From a virus (taxonomy: Duplodnaviria > Caudoviricetes): 64,000 bases of DNA. The stretch's first letter is position 1; each line of letters opens with the position of its first letter. Under the pieces are notes generated by a model. The model made no database searches, was not told where the DNA came from, and was given only the letters and a program-made list of their open reading frames with translations. Shown here one piece after another: positions 46,672 through 56,678 of this stretch. The position numbers and the translations under genes were made by a program. The stretch is taken from the IMG/VR virus record IMGVR_UViG_3300033066_001150, positions 33,979-97,978 of that record. One strand, given 5' to 3'.

Positions 46672-48299
46672 TCATCGCGGCGGCTCCTGAATCGGGATCG
46701 TCCACCATTCTCGCCTCGGCCCGAAGTACGTCCCACCGTAGATGCGTCTCACGTTCAGCGATCCGCATCGGCACCCACACTCGCCAGAGCACCTAGACCA
46801 GTACCACCCCGGCACAGTCGGCGGCTCGGGCGTCCATCGGCCTGCGGTTGCTGGCTCGGTCATCGTCAGTTGCTCCCATGTTCGATCACTTTGCGGACGT
46901 ACCCGGTCCCCATACAGGCGGGACAATTCGGCATAGACACAGCACCCAGAACGCGACACGGACACCGACTCACGATCGTTGTTCGCAGCCCTGTCGCCTC
47001 GATGCGTCCGCCGACTATTTCGAGACGGTCAGCCAGATCATTCAGACCAGTAATCGTGAGTTCGGCGATGCGTTTTTTGTCGTCATCAGTCACAGCAAAT
47101 CTCCCCGATGGTCACCTTGCGGTCCTGGATGTGCTCGTCGGCTGGGATCAGCACATACTCGCGGCACTCGCCGGGTGGGACCGGACTGTATTGCACGACC
47201 AATGCCATATCATCACTGTACCACACCCCCGATGATTCCGTTGGCTTAGACAGACGCAGTAGACTCCTGCCATTTGCGTCGGTCGACACCCACGCCCGCA
47301 CAGGTTCACTTGCCATCGTTCGCATCCCTCGTTGCGGCCACCGCTTCGAGCACGGCGGCACGAGTCTTGAGCGGAATCGGGTTGTTGTATGGCCCGATCC
47401 GAAACTCATCGTAGACGTGACACCACGAGTATTTACTTCCCCACCACGAGACAGCTTCGCCTGGTTTGTCAGGCTTGCCGATGAAGCTCACAACGTACTC
47501 GTAAGTCGGCGGCTGTTGCAGCAGATCTGCCCGCAGCCGGTCGCATTCTCGCTCCATGAGCCGACGCTGTTCGTGGGCAATCTCGGCGTCGTGACGTATC
47601 CTCCCAATCTCTTTTGTTGCGTCGGCAAGTTGTTGACGGAGTGACGCGACCGTCACCGGCTCGTCATCGTCGGCGGGGACGGTCGCGAGGATGTGCGACA
47701 CCATCATCCGCACGGCATCAAGGTCGATTTCTTCTCGCGGGTAAATGTCCCGCAGTTCGGCGTCAGCCTGTTCCGCCGCCGCCCTCAGTTCCGCGTTCGT
47801 TGCCATCACAGTTCCCCCGTCAAATGCTTGTGGATGCGGTCGACCAGCGACGGGAATCCCCACCCAGCACCTGCCACACCGGCGTACTCCAGCGCCAACC
47901 TGTCAGCTAGCGGCCCGTTGCGGCGTTCGGTCATCAGGTCGCGTGCAATCTTTTCCGCCAGAACGCGAGCCGCGACACTCCGCAGGTCTGGTGTCTGCTT
48001 TGGTTGCTTCCTTGCCATCACTGCCCCGTTTTCTGTTGTTGCCAGCCATCCGCCCGGAGTTGCTGCCGGGTCGATCAATCAATCACGTCATCGTTCTCAA
48101 TCCCGGTCCCGTTGCACGCCCCGCAGATCAGCCCGGCGGCTTCACCGGATGGCGTGCCGAGTCCGCCGCATGATTCGCACCAGTGGATTGTTCCGCTGCC
48201 GTTGCAGTGCGGACACGCTCGTAAACGTCGCCGATTTCTGGTTCTGTTGGGACCATGACTTGGTCTCGGGTAATGTGGATCAGTCAAACAAGTCCACAT
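46672..48299 (-). CDS. Run of six small coupled hypothetical ORFs (48075-48299, 47806-48018, 47306-47806, 47086-47316, 46866-47093, 46672-46863)
   Basis: Abutting or overlapping ORFs; DnaJ-like CxxCxGxG fingers in two; WTPEPPTVPGWYW in the last. Confidence 0.55.
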
Positions 48300-48654
48300 A
48301 ATTTTGGATAGAGAACTGAAGACAGTGTCTTAACGTATTTTGAAGTGTGGTCCCGTACTGCCGGGCCCGATATCGTATCCTGTCGGGTTCTTCTGGTCGC
48401 AACGAGATTTGAATAGTATGTCGTGCGGTCCCCGGCTGTTGGACCATAGAGGATTCATTGTACTTCGGGAGTGGTTTCTCTAACAGCAAGGGCTCCAGAA
48501 ATTCACGACAGACTTCTTTCAATGGAATCCGTCGGGTTGCCGCGATTGTGCGGATTTTTAGGTACTCGTCACGGGACATTCCGACCTGATAAGGAACAGT
48601 CCTGTCGGGATGTCTACCGGCGTTTGGCGGTTTCAGTGGCTCAAGGGAGTCCAT
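48280..48654 (-). CDS. Putative DNA-binding protein (tandem ribbon-helix-helix-like)
   Basis: Two strand-helix-helix-like segments; AGGA RBS. Confidence 0.45.
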   Translation of the reverse strand: MDSLEPLKPPNAGRHPDRTVPYQVGMSRDEYLKIRTIAATRRIPLKEVCREFLEPLLLEKPLPKYNESSMVQQPGTARHTIQISLRPEEPDRIRYRARQYGTTLQNTLRHCLQFSIQNYVDLFD

Positions 48655-48669
48655 AGGCTTCCTAGCGGG

Positions 48670-49173
48670 TCACTTGTTTTCCATGTCCAGTTCTTCGTCT
48701 TCGTCGTCCTCTTCGTACCCATTATCGTCGAATTCCGGGTCAGGGGTTCCTGCTTTTTTTGGTGAAGTGGTGGGAATTTGTTCCTCCAACACCCCACACG
48801 GGTCCCCGTTGTCGAACATGTACTTTCGTAGAAAAAGCGGAGGCGTATATGTCGCACTGTCCCCACCGACTTGGATGTAGGTGTTTCCATTTTTTGTAAA
48901 AACAGCAACGACAAGACGGAGGTTGAAGGTACTCAAGGCTTTCACCCGTACCGTCTTCCCCAGCAGTCCCTCAAAGTGTTCCGGTTTGAAAAAGGGAACC
49001 CATACGGGCTCTGGTTTGATACGATAGGTAAAGTTCTGGTCGAACTGGTCCGTAGGTCCCATGTCCTCCCACGAGGACTCGACGGCACCAAAGTTTTGCC
49101 GTCGCTGAATAATAAATCCTCGCGCCGCAGCTTGGATATAGGGGGCGTAGGTCGACAACTGTTCAAGATTCAT
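48670..49173 (-). CDS. Hypothetical protein
   Basis: 167 aa, YRIKPEP motif seen in phage hypotheticals; acidic tail. Confidence 0.6.
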   Translation of the reverse strand: MNLEQLSTYAPYIQAAARGFIIQRRQNFGAVESSWEDMGPTDQFDQNFTYRIKPEPVWVPFFKPEHFEGLLGKTVRVKALSTFNLRLVVAVFTKNGNTYIQVGGDSATYTPPLFLRKYMFDNGDPCGVLEEQIPTTSPKKAGTPDPEFDDNGYEEDDEDEELDMENK

Positions 49174-49331
49174 TGGTCACCTTTTCTAATTCTTTTTGAA
49201 TAGCCACAAGGACCTTCCCACATCCACTACATCCCGACTCCAAGACCCGTAACCAGACGGGTTCACGTTTCCGATAGAAACGCTGGACTCCTGTAATATC
49301 GTCTGGAACAGTTCGAGGACCTCTTTTTTCG

Positions 49332-49901
49332 TCATAGTTCCACCACGGTTCCTAGCTGCAGGGCGGGGATGTGTGTCACAAGGACCAGCTGGACATCCAG
49401 CTCTTCCGCCAATGTGTTGAGCATTGTGTGGATACGTGTATGATGATCTGTACTCACGAATTTCATGGGTTCGTCCAGTACAATGGTCCGGCGCCGTGGG
49501 GGTCGTCCCAGTATCAACGCCGCCAACCGGAGGGCAAATGAGGCTACATCGACCACCCCGAGTCCACTGTCCTCCAAAGGGTCCAGTTCGTTCCCATTCC
49601 GGGAGAACGCCAAACGGGCTTCGGTCTTGCCCCGCTTTTGTTCGAAGTGGATTTGGAACACATAGGGTTCTTCGAACACAAGAGCCAAGCACTTGGAAAC
49701 GATACCGGCGATTTTTTGATGGGCCTGTTGTTGGACGGCAGAGGCCACGGCTTGCGTAATTTCTTGGGCGACCAGCACCGATTCCAGTTCTTCCCGGGCT
49801 GCTTGGATTTCCGTTTTTATACGAAGTAGGGCTTGGGCTGCGGTGGCGTGCTGCTGTGACAGTTGTTCAATCTTCGATTTGTGAAAGACGAAGTCGTTCA
49901 T
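49332..49901 (-). CDS. SbcC/Rad50 ATPase, C-terminal half
   Basis: Signature-like SGLG..DVASFALR, Walker B IVLDEP, LVTH switch. Confidence 0.85.
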   Translation of the reverse strand: MNDFVFHKSKIEQLSQQHATAAQALLRIKTEIQAAREELESVLVAQEITQAVASAVQQQAHQKIAGIVSKCLALVFEEPYVFQIHFEQKRGKTEARLAFSRNGNELDPLEDSGLGVVDVASFALRLAALILGRPPRRRTIVLDEPMKFVSTDHHTRIHTMLNTLAEELDVQLVLVTHIPALQLGTVVEL

Positions 49902-50130
49902 CCCATCTCTCTTGAAATTGATGTGCCTTGGTTGCGATTTTCTTGTCTAATTTTTCCAGTTCGGTTTCCAGTTTACCGAGTAGCTTTTTTGCTTCAGCGA
50001 CTGTCGAGCAATTGAACTCTTTTTTCAGTTGCCGGAGAAGTTGTTCGTGGGCGCCCTCCGCCCGGGACACGTCCGCTTGTAATTGACGAACCCTCTTCTG
50101 CATCGCCAGATATTGGGACAGATCGACCAC
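49867..50130 (-). CDS. Coiled-coil protein (likely Rad50 arm segment)
   Basis: Heptad pattern; overlaps the C-half gene. Confidence 0.6.
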   Translation of the reverse strand: MVDLSQYLAMQKRVRQLQADVSRAEGAHEQLLRQLKKEFNCSTVAEAKKLLGKLETELEKLDKKIATKAHQFQERWDERLRLSQIED

Positions 50131-50133
50131 GGG

Positions 50134-50481
50134 TTACCCTTTGAGAAATTTTCGGAGTCGCCGCTTGGTTTCCGGAATCCCATGAATGTCAGCAAGGCGA
50201 CGGACAGTCTCCATGACAGGACAGTCCTGTATCATAATAGAGTCTTGGAGTTCGTCGGAGAAGTTGTGGTGCTTCAACCACGCTAAGTCTTCCAAGCGTT
50301 GTTGGAGTTCGTCCGGGTCCGGGATATAAGCCCCAGCGTCCTCTCCGTTGTTTGGACCAAGTTCCTGTTTACGTCGGGCTTGTCGGTACTCCGCCCACTT
50401 GGTCTCTGTTGAGGGTCCCTCCACTCTAAACCCCTTCCATGGCTTGTGTGATAATACGACGAATGGATTTGGGGACCCCAT
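50134..50481 (-). CDS. Hypothetical protein
   Basis: ORF between sbcD and coiled-coil gene; start uncertain. Confidence 0.45.
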   Translation of the reverse strand: MGSPNPFVVLSHKPWKGFRVEGPSTETKWAEYRQARRKQELGPNNGEDAGAYIPDPDELQQRLEDLAWLKHHNFSDELQDSIMIQDCPVMETVRRLADIHGIPETKRRLRKFLKG

Positions 50482-51355
50482 TCTTAGCGAAGTAGCGTTT
50501 CACGGCCTCGACGAAATCCAACGCCCCGTCTCCAAGGTCTTTGAGGTCCATCACAAGCTCTGTCAGATCCATTCCCTTCTCCAGAAGGCCCAAGCCCTCG
50601 TCCACGTTGATAAACTTATCTTCATGGCATTTCAGGTAGTGGGGTGTGATTCCGTTGCGGTGCAGGAGACCTACAACCGGACGGTGACTCATTTCGTCAA
50701 TTCGACGACGGAAAAAAGACCCGCAATTCATAACTCCAAAAAACTGATCATTCCAGTACCAAGACTTATGGTTATCCCCGAACACCACAGCGTTATAGTC
50801 CCGAAGAACTTTCAAGGTGGGAGTGGAGTGGTTCTGTTGTGGGGCCCCTTCGTAGCAACTGTCTTTGTGATGCCAGCAGTACCGATGCACGACCGCCAGT
50901 TTGTGACGTGTGTCTTTTTGGTCCACCTTGTCCACACGGGTCAGTTCTTGTTCCCAACCAAACCCATAGAGAATTAAATCATCTAAGCCGTATTTCCCGT
51001 CGATGTGCTGGACCCTTCCGGCTTGCACGAGGGTCCAATAGGCACTACGGTGAATTTCTTCCATGTTGTGGTTGGGCAGATCGTGTTGCCCCGGGACCGC
51101 ATACATATCTTCTGGAAGGTGTTGTAACGCAAAATTGATTAGTTCTGGGGAGCTGTTCCATTTATCAAAAATGTCCCCCGCACACACAACGGGGGCCCGG
51201 TGTTGTTCAGAGAGGTGTCGTAATTGGGACAACTGCCGTTCCATAGCTTGGAACCAGTCAGGTTCCGTGGATCGAGCAATTGGGGGCCGGGAAGATAAAT
51301 GGATGTCCGAACACAGAATGGCTAGGACTCGATTGGCCTTTGACATACGGGACAT
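50426..51355 (-). CDS. sbcD: SbcD/Mre11 metallophosphoesterase nuclease
   Basis: SDIH, AGDIFD, PGQHD, VVH, GDNH motifs. Confidence 0.88.
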   Translation of the reverse strand: MSRMSKANRVLAILCSDIHLSSRPPIARSTEPDWFQAMERQLSQLRHLSEQHRAPVVCAGDIFDKWNSSPELINFALQHLPEDMYAVPGQHDLPNHNMEEIHRSAYWTLVQAGRVQHIDGKYGLDDLILYGFGWEQELTRVDKVDQKDTRHKLAVVHRYCWHHKDSCYEGAPQQNHSTPTLKVLRDYNAVVFGDNHKSWYWNDQFFGVMNCGSFFRRRIDEMSHRPVVGLLHRNGITPHYLKCHEDKFINVDEGLGLLEKGMDLTELVMDLKDLGDGALDFVEAVKRYFAKNGVPKSIRRIITQAMEGV

Positions 51356-52209
51356 TCCTTAACCTGACCGAGTTTGTCCTGTTCGGTTTCCAGTTCTTGT
51401 CGTAGTTCCTCAATTTGGGCGGTCGCCCGCGCCAGTCGCTGGAGGCACCGTTTAATATCGTCTGCCCGTTGTTGAAGTTGGGTTCCCTGTTCCCAGTAGG
51501 CAACGGCAGACAACCCCACTTCCAGACATTCCTTGGTCTGTTGTCGTTGCTTCTTGTGTTCCCGGGCTTCCCGTAGGCTTTGGCGCAGGAATGCGACGTC
51601 GGAGGCTAGTGTTTTCCGTTGCTTTTGCAGTTGTTCCAAAGCTATGAAATCGGTCCGGCACTCTGTAATCCATGCAAGCTGTTCTACCTCTATTTTCAGC
51701 TTGGTTTGGACGGACGTAAGTGATGTGACTTTGGACTGGGCTTCCCGTTTCCGACGGGCGACATTCTCCATCGTCAGGTCAATAATATCCAAGTTCACAA
51801 TACGGTTCAGTTCCCGCCCCACCTGCGCCGGAGACGAAGCCAGCCACAAGGGCGGGTCGATTTGTCGTTGGAAGTTTTCTTCCGACATGTTCAGCAGATT
51901 GGCGATCGGTTCCGGTACTGTAGTTCCGAAAGATTTGAAGTCCTGTCCGTCCAGACTATAGAGGTTGTGCTTGCCCCGCTTTCGTTTAATAACGTGCCCG
52001 TCGACATGTAGTGTCACACTCGTAAACTCGGACCACCAGCTGATATACCGTTTACTGCCGATACGGTTAAGACAAAGCCATCGCAGGGCCCTTAAAATGG
52101 CGGACTTCCCCGTGTCCGTGGGACCGACAATGCTGGTCACTCGTTTGTCGAACTTAATCGTCAACTTTCGGTGGGGTTGGAAGTGACGAAGGGTTAGTTT
52201 TTCGAGCAT
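51322..52209 (-). CDS. SbcC/Rad50 ATPase, N-terminal half ending in zinc hook
   Basis: L.LRHFQPH, GPTDTGKSAILRAL Walker A, Q-loop, coiled coil, terminal CPVC. Confidence 0.88.
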   Translation of the reverse strand: MLEKLTLRHFQPHRKLTIKFDKRVTSIVGPTDTGKSAILRALRWLCLNRIGSKRYISWWSEFTSVTLHVDGHVIKRKRGKHNLYSLDGQDFKSFGTTVPEPIANLLNMSEENFQRQIDPPLWLASSPAQVGRELNRIVNLDIIDLTMENVARRKREAQSKVTSLTSVQTKLKIEVEQLAWITECRTDFIALEQLQKQRKTLASDVAFLRQSLREAREHKKQRQQTKECLEVGLSAVAYWEQGTQLQQRADDIKRCLQRLARATAQIEELRQELETEQDKLGQVKECPVCQRPIES

Positions 52210-52216
52210 AGGTACC

Positions 52217-52777
52217 CTACAAATAACGGCGAAACGTATCGGGACTGACCACACGGCAGAACTCTTCAAACTGCATGCCGTAGATCCACTGTTTCTTGTA
52301 ATAAAGACGAATTGGAAGTTTATCGAGAAAGGACCCGTGACGACTTAGGGCTTCTCGAATGTTTCCCGGCATCCAGAGAAGTGCCTTGCGTCTAGTCCGA
52401 CCAGTGATAAGCAACCAACCGATCGCAGTTGGGGAGGCGTCGGACGCGGCTTGGGCCTGTTGGACCCACTCCCAGAAGACCGGGGGTTTCTGTTTCGGCA
52501 GATGGTCTAATAAGTCATGAACCGAAACTTTCGGGTACCCCTTTTTGAGTTCCAATGGGGTTAAACGAATCAACGCGCTCCCAGAGGGGTTAATGGCCGC
52601 TACGTCCCCATACTGTCCCGAGGTCGTCTTGCCCCGCTTAGCGCGGTTGGTGGCCCGTCCACCGCTGGCGTCGGACCGCCAAAAGACATCGTCGTCTTTC
52701 CCGTTGGTCCACCAGAGGGAAAGACTGACACAGATATCCCGTTCGAACTGCATTCCTTTGTTACGTCCGGACGTCAT
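52217..52777 (-). CDS. PD-(D/E)xK Holliday junction resolvase-like nuclease
   Basis: KG.QFER.IC..LS, GDV, ELKKGY. Confidence 0.75.
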   Translation of the reverse strand: MTSGRNKGMQFERDICVSLSLWWTNGKDDDVFWRSDASGGRATNRAKRGKTTSGQYGDVAAINPSGSALIRLTPLELKKGYPKVSVHDLLDHLPKQKPPVFWEWVQQAQAASDASPTAIGWLLITGRTRRKALLWMPGNIREALSRHGSFLDKLPIRLYYKKQWIYGMQFEEFCRVVSPDTFRRYL

Positions 52778-53604
52778 GTACGATCCCTCAACGAGCTTAG
52801 TCCAAATTGTTTGGTTAGGTCTTTCCACGCTTTGTGATCAAATTTGTCCCGCACCAATGTCATTGGCTTTACTCCCGGGAACGGAAGGCGGGTCAGTTGA
52901 ATATTTGTGTTGTGGACTGCCAGACTTCCACTGATTTTCTGGTAGGCTTTGTGATGGGACTTAACCCGACCACGGAGCCAGTTGCAGGCGGTAATTTCGC
53001 CAATGCCCGGGACCCCCACAACATCATCCGACGAGCAGCCGGCAATGGCTTTGACTTGGGACCATTGAACCGGGTCCACCCCGTACTTCTTATAGAAAGA
53101 TGATGCTGTGATCATTTTGGATTTGAGTGGGTTCCAAATGGAGACACGGTCTGTCAGGCATTGAAGTAGGTCTCCGTCCCCCGAAACGATGACGGCATTG
53201 TGTCGGCTATCAAGGGATAAGCAGAGCGCCGCGATTAAGTCGTCCGCTTCGTACCCTTTTTGACAGAAGACGTTCCTGTACCCCAAGGATGGTAGATATT
53301 CCCGTCGGAGTCGTTGAATTTGCTCCCGGAACTCCTCCCATGTTTTTTTATCCTCGCCGGTCATTGCGGCGTACTTTTTGGCGCGTGATTCCTTGTATCC
53401 GGGATAAATAGCTTTGCGCTTGCTGGTCTGGCTATCAAAGCAGAACGCAAGACGATTGGTACAGTGGAGTTCCTGTAGGTTCAAGATGTCCCGGAGCACC
53501 CCGTAGATTACGCCGGTGCGGATCTCTTTATACGTCAAATGCCCTGTCGAGTAGAAAGCTCGATGGGCGAGATAGTTGACATCCAGAAACAACCACTTAC
53601 GCAT
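52774..53604 (-). CDS. 5'-3' exonuclease/flap endonuclease
   Basis: FLDVNYL, YPGYKESR, YEADDLIA, SGDGDLLQ, G..SDDV.GVPGIGE.TA. Confidence 0.92.
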   Translation of the reverse strand: MRKWLFLDVNYLAHRAFYSTGHLTYKEIRTGVIYGVLRDILNLQELHCTNRLAFCFDSQTSKRKAIYPGYKESRAKKYAAMTGEDKKTWEEFREQIQRLRREYLPSLGYRNVFCQKGYEADDLIAALCLSLDSRHNAVIVSGDGDLLQCLTDRVSIWNPLKSKMITASSFYKKYGVDPVQWSQVKAIAGCSSDDVVGVPGIGEITACNWLRGRVKSHHKAYQKISGSLAVHNTNIQLTRLPFPGVKPMTLVRDKFDHKAWKDLTKQFGLSSLRDRT

Positions 53605-53944
53605 GTGGCTCCCCTTTGGCCCGGTGGACGTCCCACTCCCAAGGGAATCGTTTTTCCCTGATTAGTCGACTGCAATGTACGTGTGCCGCGTGTTCACACC
53701 ACGTAAGGGACAGCTCCTCCCCGGACATGTAGTGGGCCACCCAGAGGTAGTCTCCATGGATGTCCGGTTGGGACCAGCGAACCCGATATCCAACCACGTC
53801 CCCGGCGTCGGTAGCAGGGACGACTTCCCAGTGTGGGTCGACTTCGTTGTTTTCTTTTGGTCGTTCGTGGAACTGAACAACCACCGACCACACGATGGAA
53901 CCCGACAGACACGCCAAGAAAAGAAGGAGAAGAAAACTAGCCAT
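53597..53944 (-). CDS. Membrane-anchored hypothetical protein
   Basis: N-terminal hydrophobic helix. Confidence 0.55.
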   Translation of the reverse strand: MASFLLLLFLACLSGSIVWSVVVQFHERPKENNEVDPHWEVVPATDAGDVVGYRVRWSQPDIHGDYLWVAHYMSGEELSLTWCEHAAHVHCSRLIREKRFPWEWDVHRAKGEPHA

Positions 53945-54357
53945 TAGAGAAAGCCTTCCGTTACCGGACGTTTCTGGACCACGTATTGCTCCACAACGGA
54001 AACAGGACGCCCCAGTATAGACGCCATGCGTTCCTTTGTCATAGCCTGTTCTCGGTCTTTCCCCGCTTTTTGCCCGTCCCCATATAACCCCATCTCGAGC
54101 ACTTCCTTTTCCCGTTTGCTGAGTGGGGTCTCGTGTTGTCTGGCTGGAAGTTGCCGTGGGATTTGGGAGAAGTCGTAGGTTCCTTCCTTACGGTACCCGG
54201 TGGCGATTTTCCACACCTTGTTTCTTAATGTGGACAAGGGACGTTGTAGTTTCTCAGCCATAGCGTGGAGACCCCGACCGCTCAGGTACATGTCGAGAAG
54301 CAGACCCACTTCTTCTGGCGTCCAGACTTCCTTGCGGCGGCTGTGCTCCCGCACCAT
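53944..54357 (-). CDS. HTH/Myb-like DNA-binding protein
   Basis: WTPEE..LL..MY..G.....MAEKLQR; second HTH-like segment. Confidence 0.6.
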   Translation of the reverse strand: MVREHSRRKEVWTPEEVGLLLDMYLSGRGLHAMAEKLQRPLSTLRNKVWKIATGYRKEGTYDFSQIPRQLPARQHETPLSKREKEVLEMGLYGDGQKAGKDREQAMTKERMASILGRPVSVVEQYVVQKRPVTEGFL

Positions 54358-54358
54358 G

Positions 54359-54571
54359 TTATGTCCCTTCCTCTTTCAGTTCTTCCAGTCGGTCCCGAAG
54401 GGCTGCGCAGATGCTTTCCAGCACAGGAACGGCGACTTCCAAGGCCTCTTTTTCGGTCAGGTGTTCCGCAGTCCCCGCGATGAGTGTGGGATAGACTTTG
54501 TTCAAGTTCTCCCGCAGCTCCTTCCGAATGTCCGGCGGTTGTGTTTTTTTCTTGGGTTTATCACTTGGCAT
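54359..54571 (-). CDS. Hypothetical protein
   Basis: AAGGA RBS before ATG 54571. Confidence 0.55.
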   Translation of the reverse strand: MPSDKPKKKTQPPDIRKELRENLNKVYPTLIAGTAEHLTEKEALEVAVPVLESICAALRDRLEELKEEGT

Positions 54572-54587
54572 GTTTTTCCTTCTTAAA

Positions 54588-54744
54588 CTACCTCGGAGGG
54601 ATTCGAACCCACACACCCTACCGACATCCCCAGATGGTAGGATAGGCTTGCTTGCTTTCTCGTAACAAACTACGACGGAGTGGGTACCGTTGGTTCCCAG
54701 TTAAGGGTGGGGGATAACCCATGTCTACATTTCATCATGAGGTC
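54588..54744 (-). ncRNA. tRNA-like element with expanded anticodon region and long variable arm
   Basis: Minus strand: GACCTCA-TG-ATGAAATGTAGACAT (acceptor + D arm), GGGTT..~67 nt..AGCCT, ATCCTACC/GGTAGGGT arm, GTGGGTTCGAATCCCTC T arm, CGAGGTAG; intergenic. Confidence 0.5.
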
Positions 54745-54792
54745 TCGTCTAAGGGCAGCTCGTGGATTATAGGTCCACTTTTGATTCATCTT

Positions 54793-54832
54793 AAAACTAA
54801 AGGCCGGCCGGTTTGTAGTCCCGACCGGCCTT
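54793..54832 (-). terminator. Rho-independent terminator
   Basis: 12-bp GC stem AAGGCCGGTCGG/CCGGCCGGCCTT followed by TAGTTTT on minus strand. Confidence 0.7.
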
Positions 54833-54886
54833 GTTCGCACTACCGAGAACGAAGCGCGTTACGAAAACAATCCTGGCAGTTTGACC

Positions 54887-55246
<360 letters not shown>

Positions 55247-55321
55247 TCTGCATCTCCTGTTCGGGGTTCTAACAAACCCGTGGACCCGGACCCCATCCGT
55301 CCCACGTTCAGTCTTGTGCCC

Positions 55322-56416
55322 TTAATATCGGAACTTCCGTTTGATGGCACAACCTTGCTTGATTTCTTCCCACACGTCCGTGACAAGAATTCGGAGTTCC
55401 TTCTCCAGTCCGTTCTTTTCAATATGACGGATTAGTGTTTCCCGCTTCCCGGAGAAGTCGAATTCTGTAGCATTGATGACTTTCATTCGTTCGGTCCAAT
55501 GTCCTTCCTCGATTAGGAAGTCCACACAGGCCCCCACGTCATCAATACCGAAAGACGTGTAGATTGGAATTTCTACTGTCGCCTCTTCTCCGGTTAGTCG
55601 GTTCTTTTTCACATCACAACGACAGATGATCCCAATCTTGCGGTCTTTCCCGTTGACTTTCCTTTTGATCCTCATTTTGATAGAGGACCAAATTTCATGA
55701 GAAGCGTAGAACTTGAGTGCCTTACCGCCCCCACGTGTTTTCGGTTCGAACCGGGAAGTGAAACCAATGTTGTCCCGGGTCTGGCTAATAATAATAAGGA
55801 TGGACCCCGTGTCCTTCAGACGGTTGACGACACGACGAATATTCTGGGAGTTCTTTTTGGCTTTCCCATCCCCATAGGAACCAGCGACCTTTTCCTCTTT
55901 GTCCGTCCCCGGTGTTCGTTTTCGTCGACTGGCGTTTTTCTGTTGCAGGAACTTTTTCTCGGCGTCTTCGCTGTCAAGGGCATCCATGCTGTCGAGAATG
56001 TAGATGAACGGACGACCATCCCGGAGGGCGTCATCAATGTTGTAGTAGAAGTCCTCCACTGTTTGACTGGACCGTCCCCCTTTCATGGGGGCTTCAACAC
56101 GCTCCGCCACACGTTCTCCGAAGAACTTTTTAATGCTCATTAACGATCCACCTTCTACATCGTCCATGATGAAACGGTAGTCGTCGAAAGCGGAGTTGAT
56201 GCTGGCTTCTGCGAGACACGTCCACGTCAAGAAAGTTTTGCCCGAAGCACTATCCCCTACGATGTAGAAATAGTGCCCTTTGACGAAGCCCCCGTTGTGT
56301 CGTCCACTGCAGGCGATGTTGAGCAGTGTGGAACCCGTACTCAGCAGGTCCTTCTGGGAAATACCGGATTTTCTTCGGGTGGACAGGGCTTCCCGGGCAG
56401 CGTCTACTTTTTTCAT
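55322..56416 (-). CDS. recA: RecA/UvsX-like recombinase
   Basis: STGSTLLNIA.SG, GDSASGKT, ILDSMDAL, ISQTR, GGKALKFYAS, KKNR. Confidence 0.9.
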   Translation of the reverse strand: MKKVDAAREALSTRRKSGISQKDLLSTGSTLLNIACSGRHNGGFVKGHYFYIVGDSASGKTFLTWTCLAEASINSAFDDYRFIMDDVEGGSLMSIKKFFGERVAERVEAPMKGGRSSQTVEDFYYNIDDALRDGRPFIYILDSMDALDSEDAEKKFLQQKNASRRKRTPGTDKEEKVAGSYGDGKAKKNSQNIRRVVNRLKDTGSILIIISQTRDNIGFTSRFEPKTRGGGKALKFYASHEIWSSIKMRIKRKVNGKDRKIGIICRCDVKKNRLTGEEATVEIPIYTSFGIDDVGACVDFLIEEGHWTERMKVINATEFDFSGKRETLIRHIEKNGLEKELRILVTDVWEEIKQGCAIKRKFRY

Positions 56417-56678
56417 GTGGCACCCATAAAACACAAGCGGGGAGAGGCGACGGGCCGCCAAGCTAGTCGTAACCGCAGTCGGGAATGCTGGAAGTCATTT
56501 CCGAACAGAGATAACCTCTCCCCGCTTGTTTGATAAAGCACACAGACAAGGACTGTTTCAGAACGCATCTTCGTTACCGGCCGTTCGTTTGTTGTCTTGG
56601 GTATCAGGGACTTCGAAAAGTGTGATAGAAGAGCCCCCTCACTTGGTTCAAGACCAAGGTCCTTGTCTGTGTGTTGTC

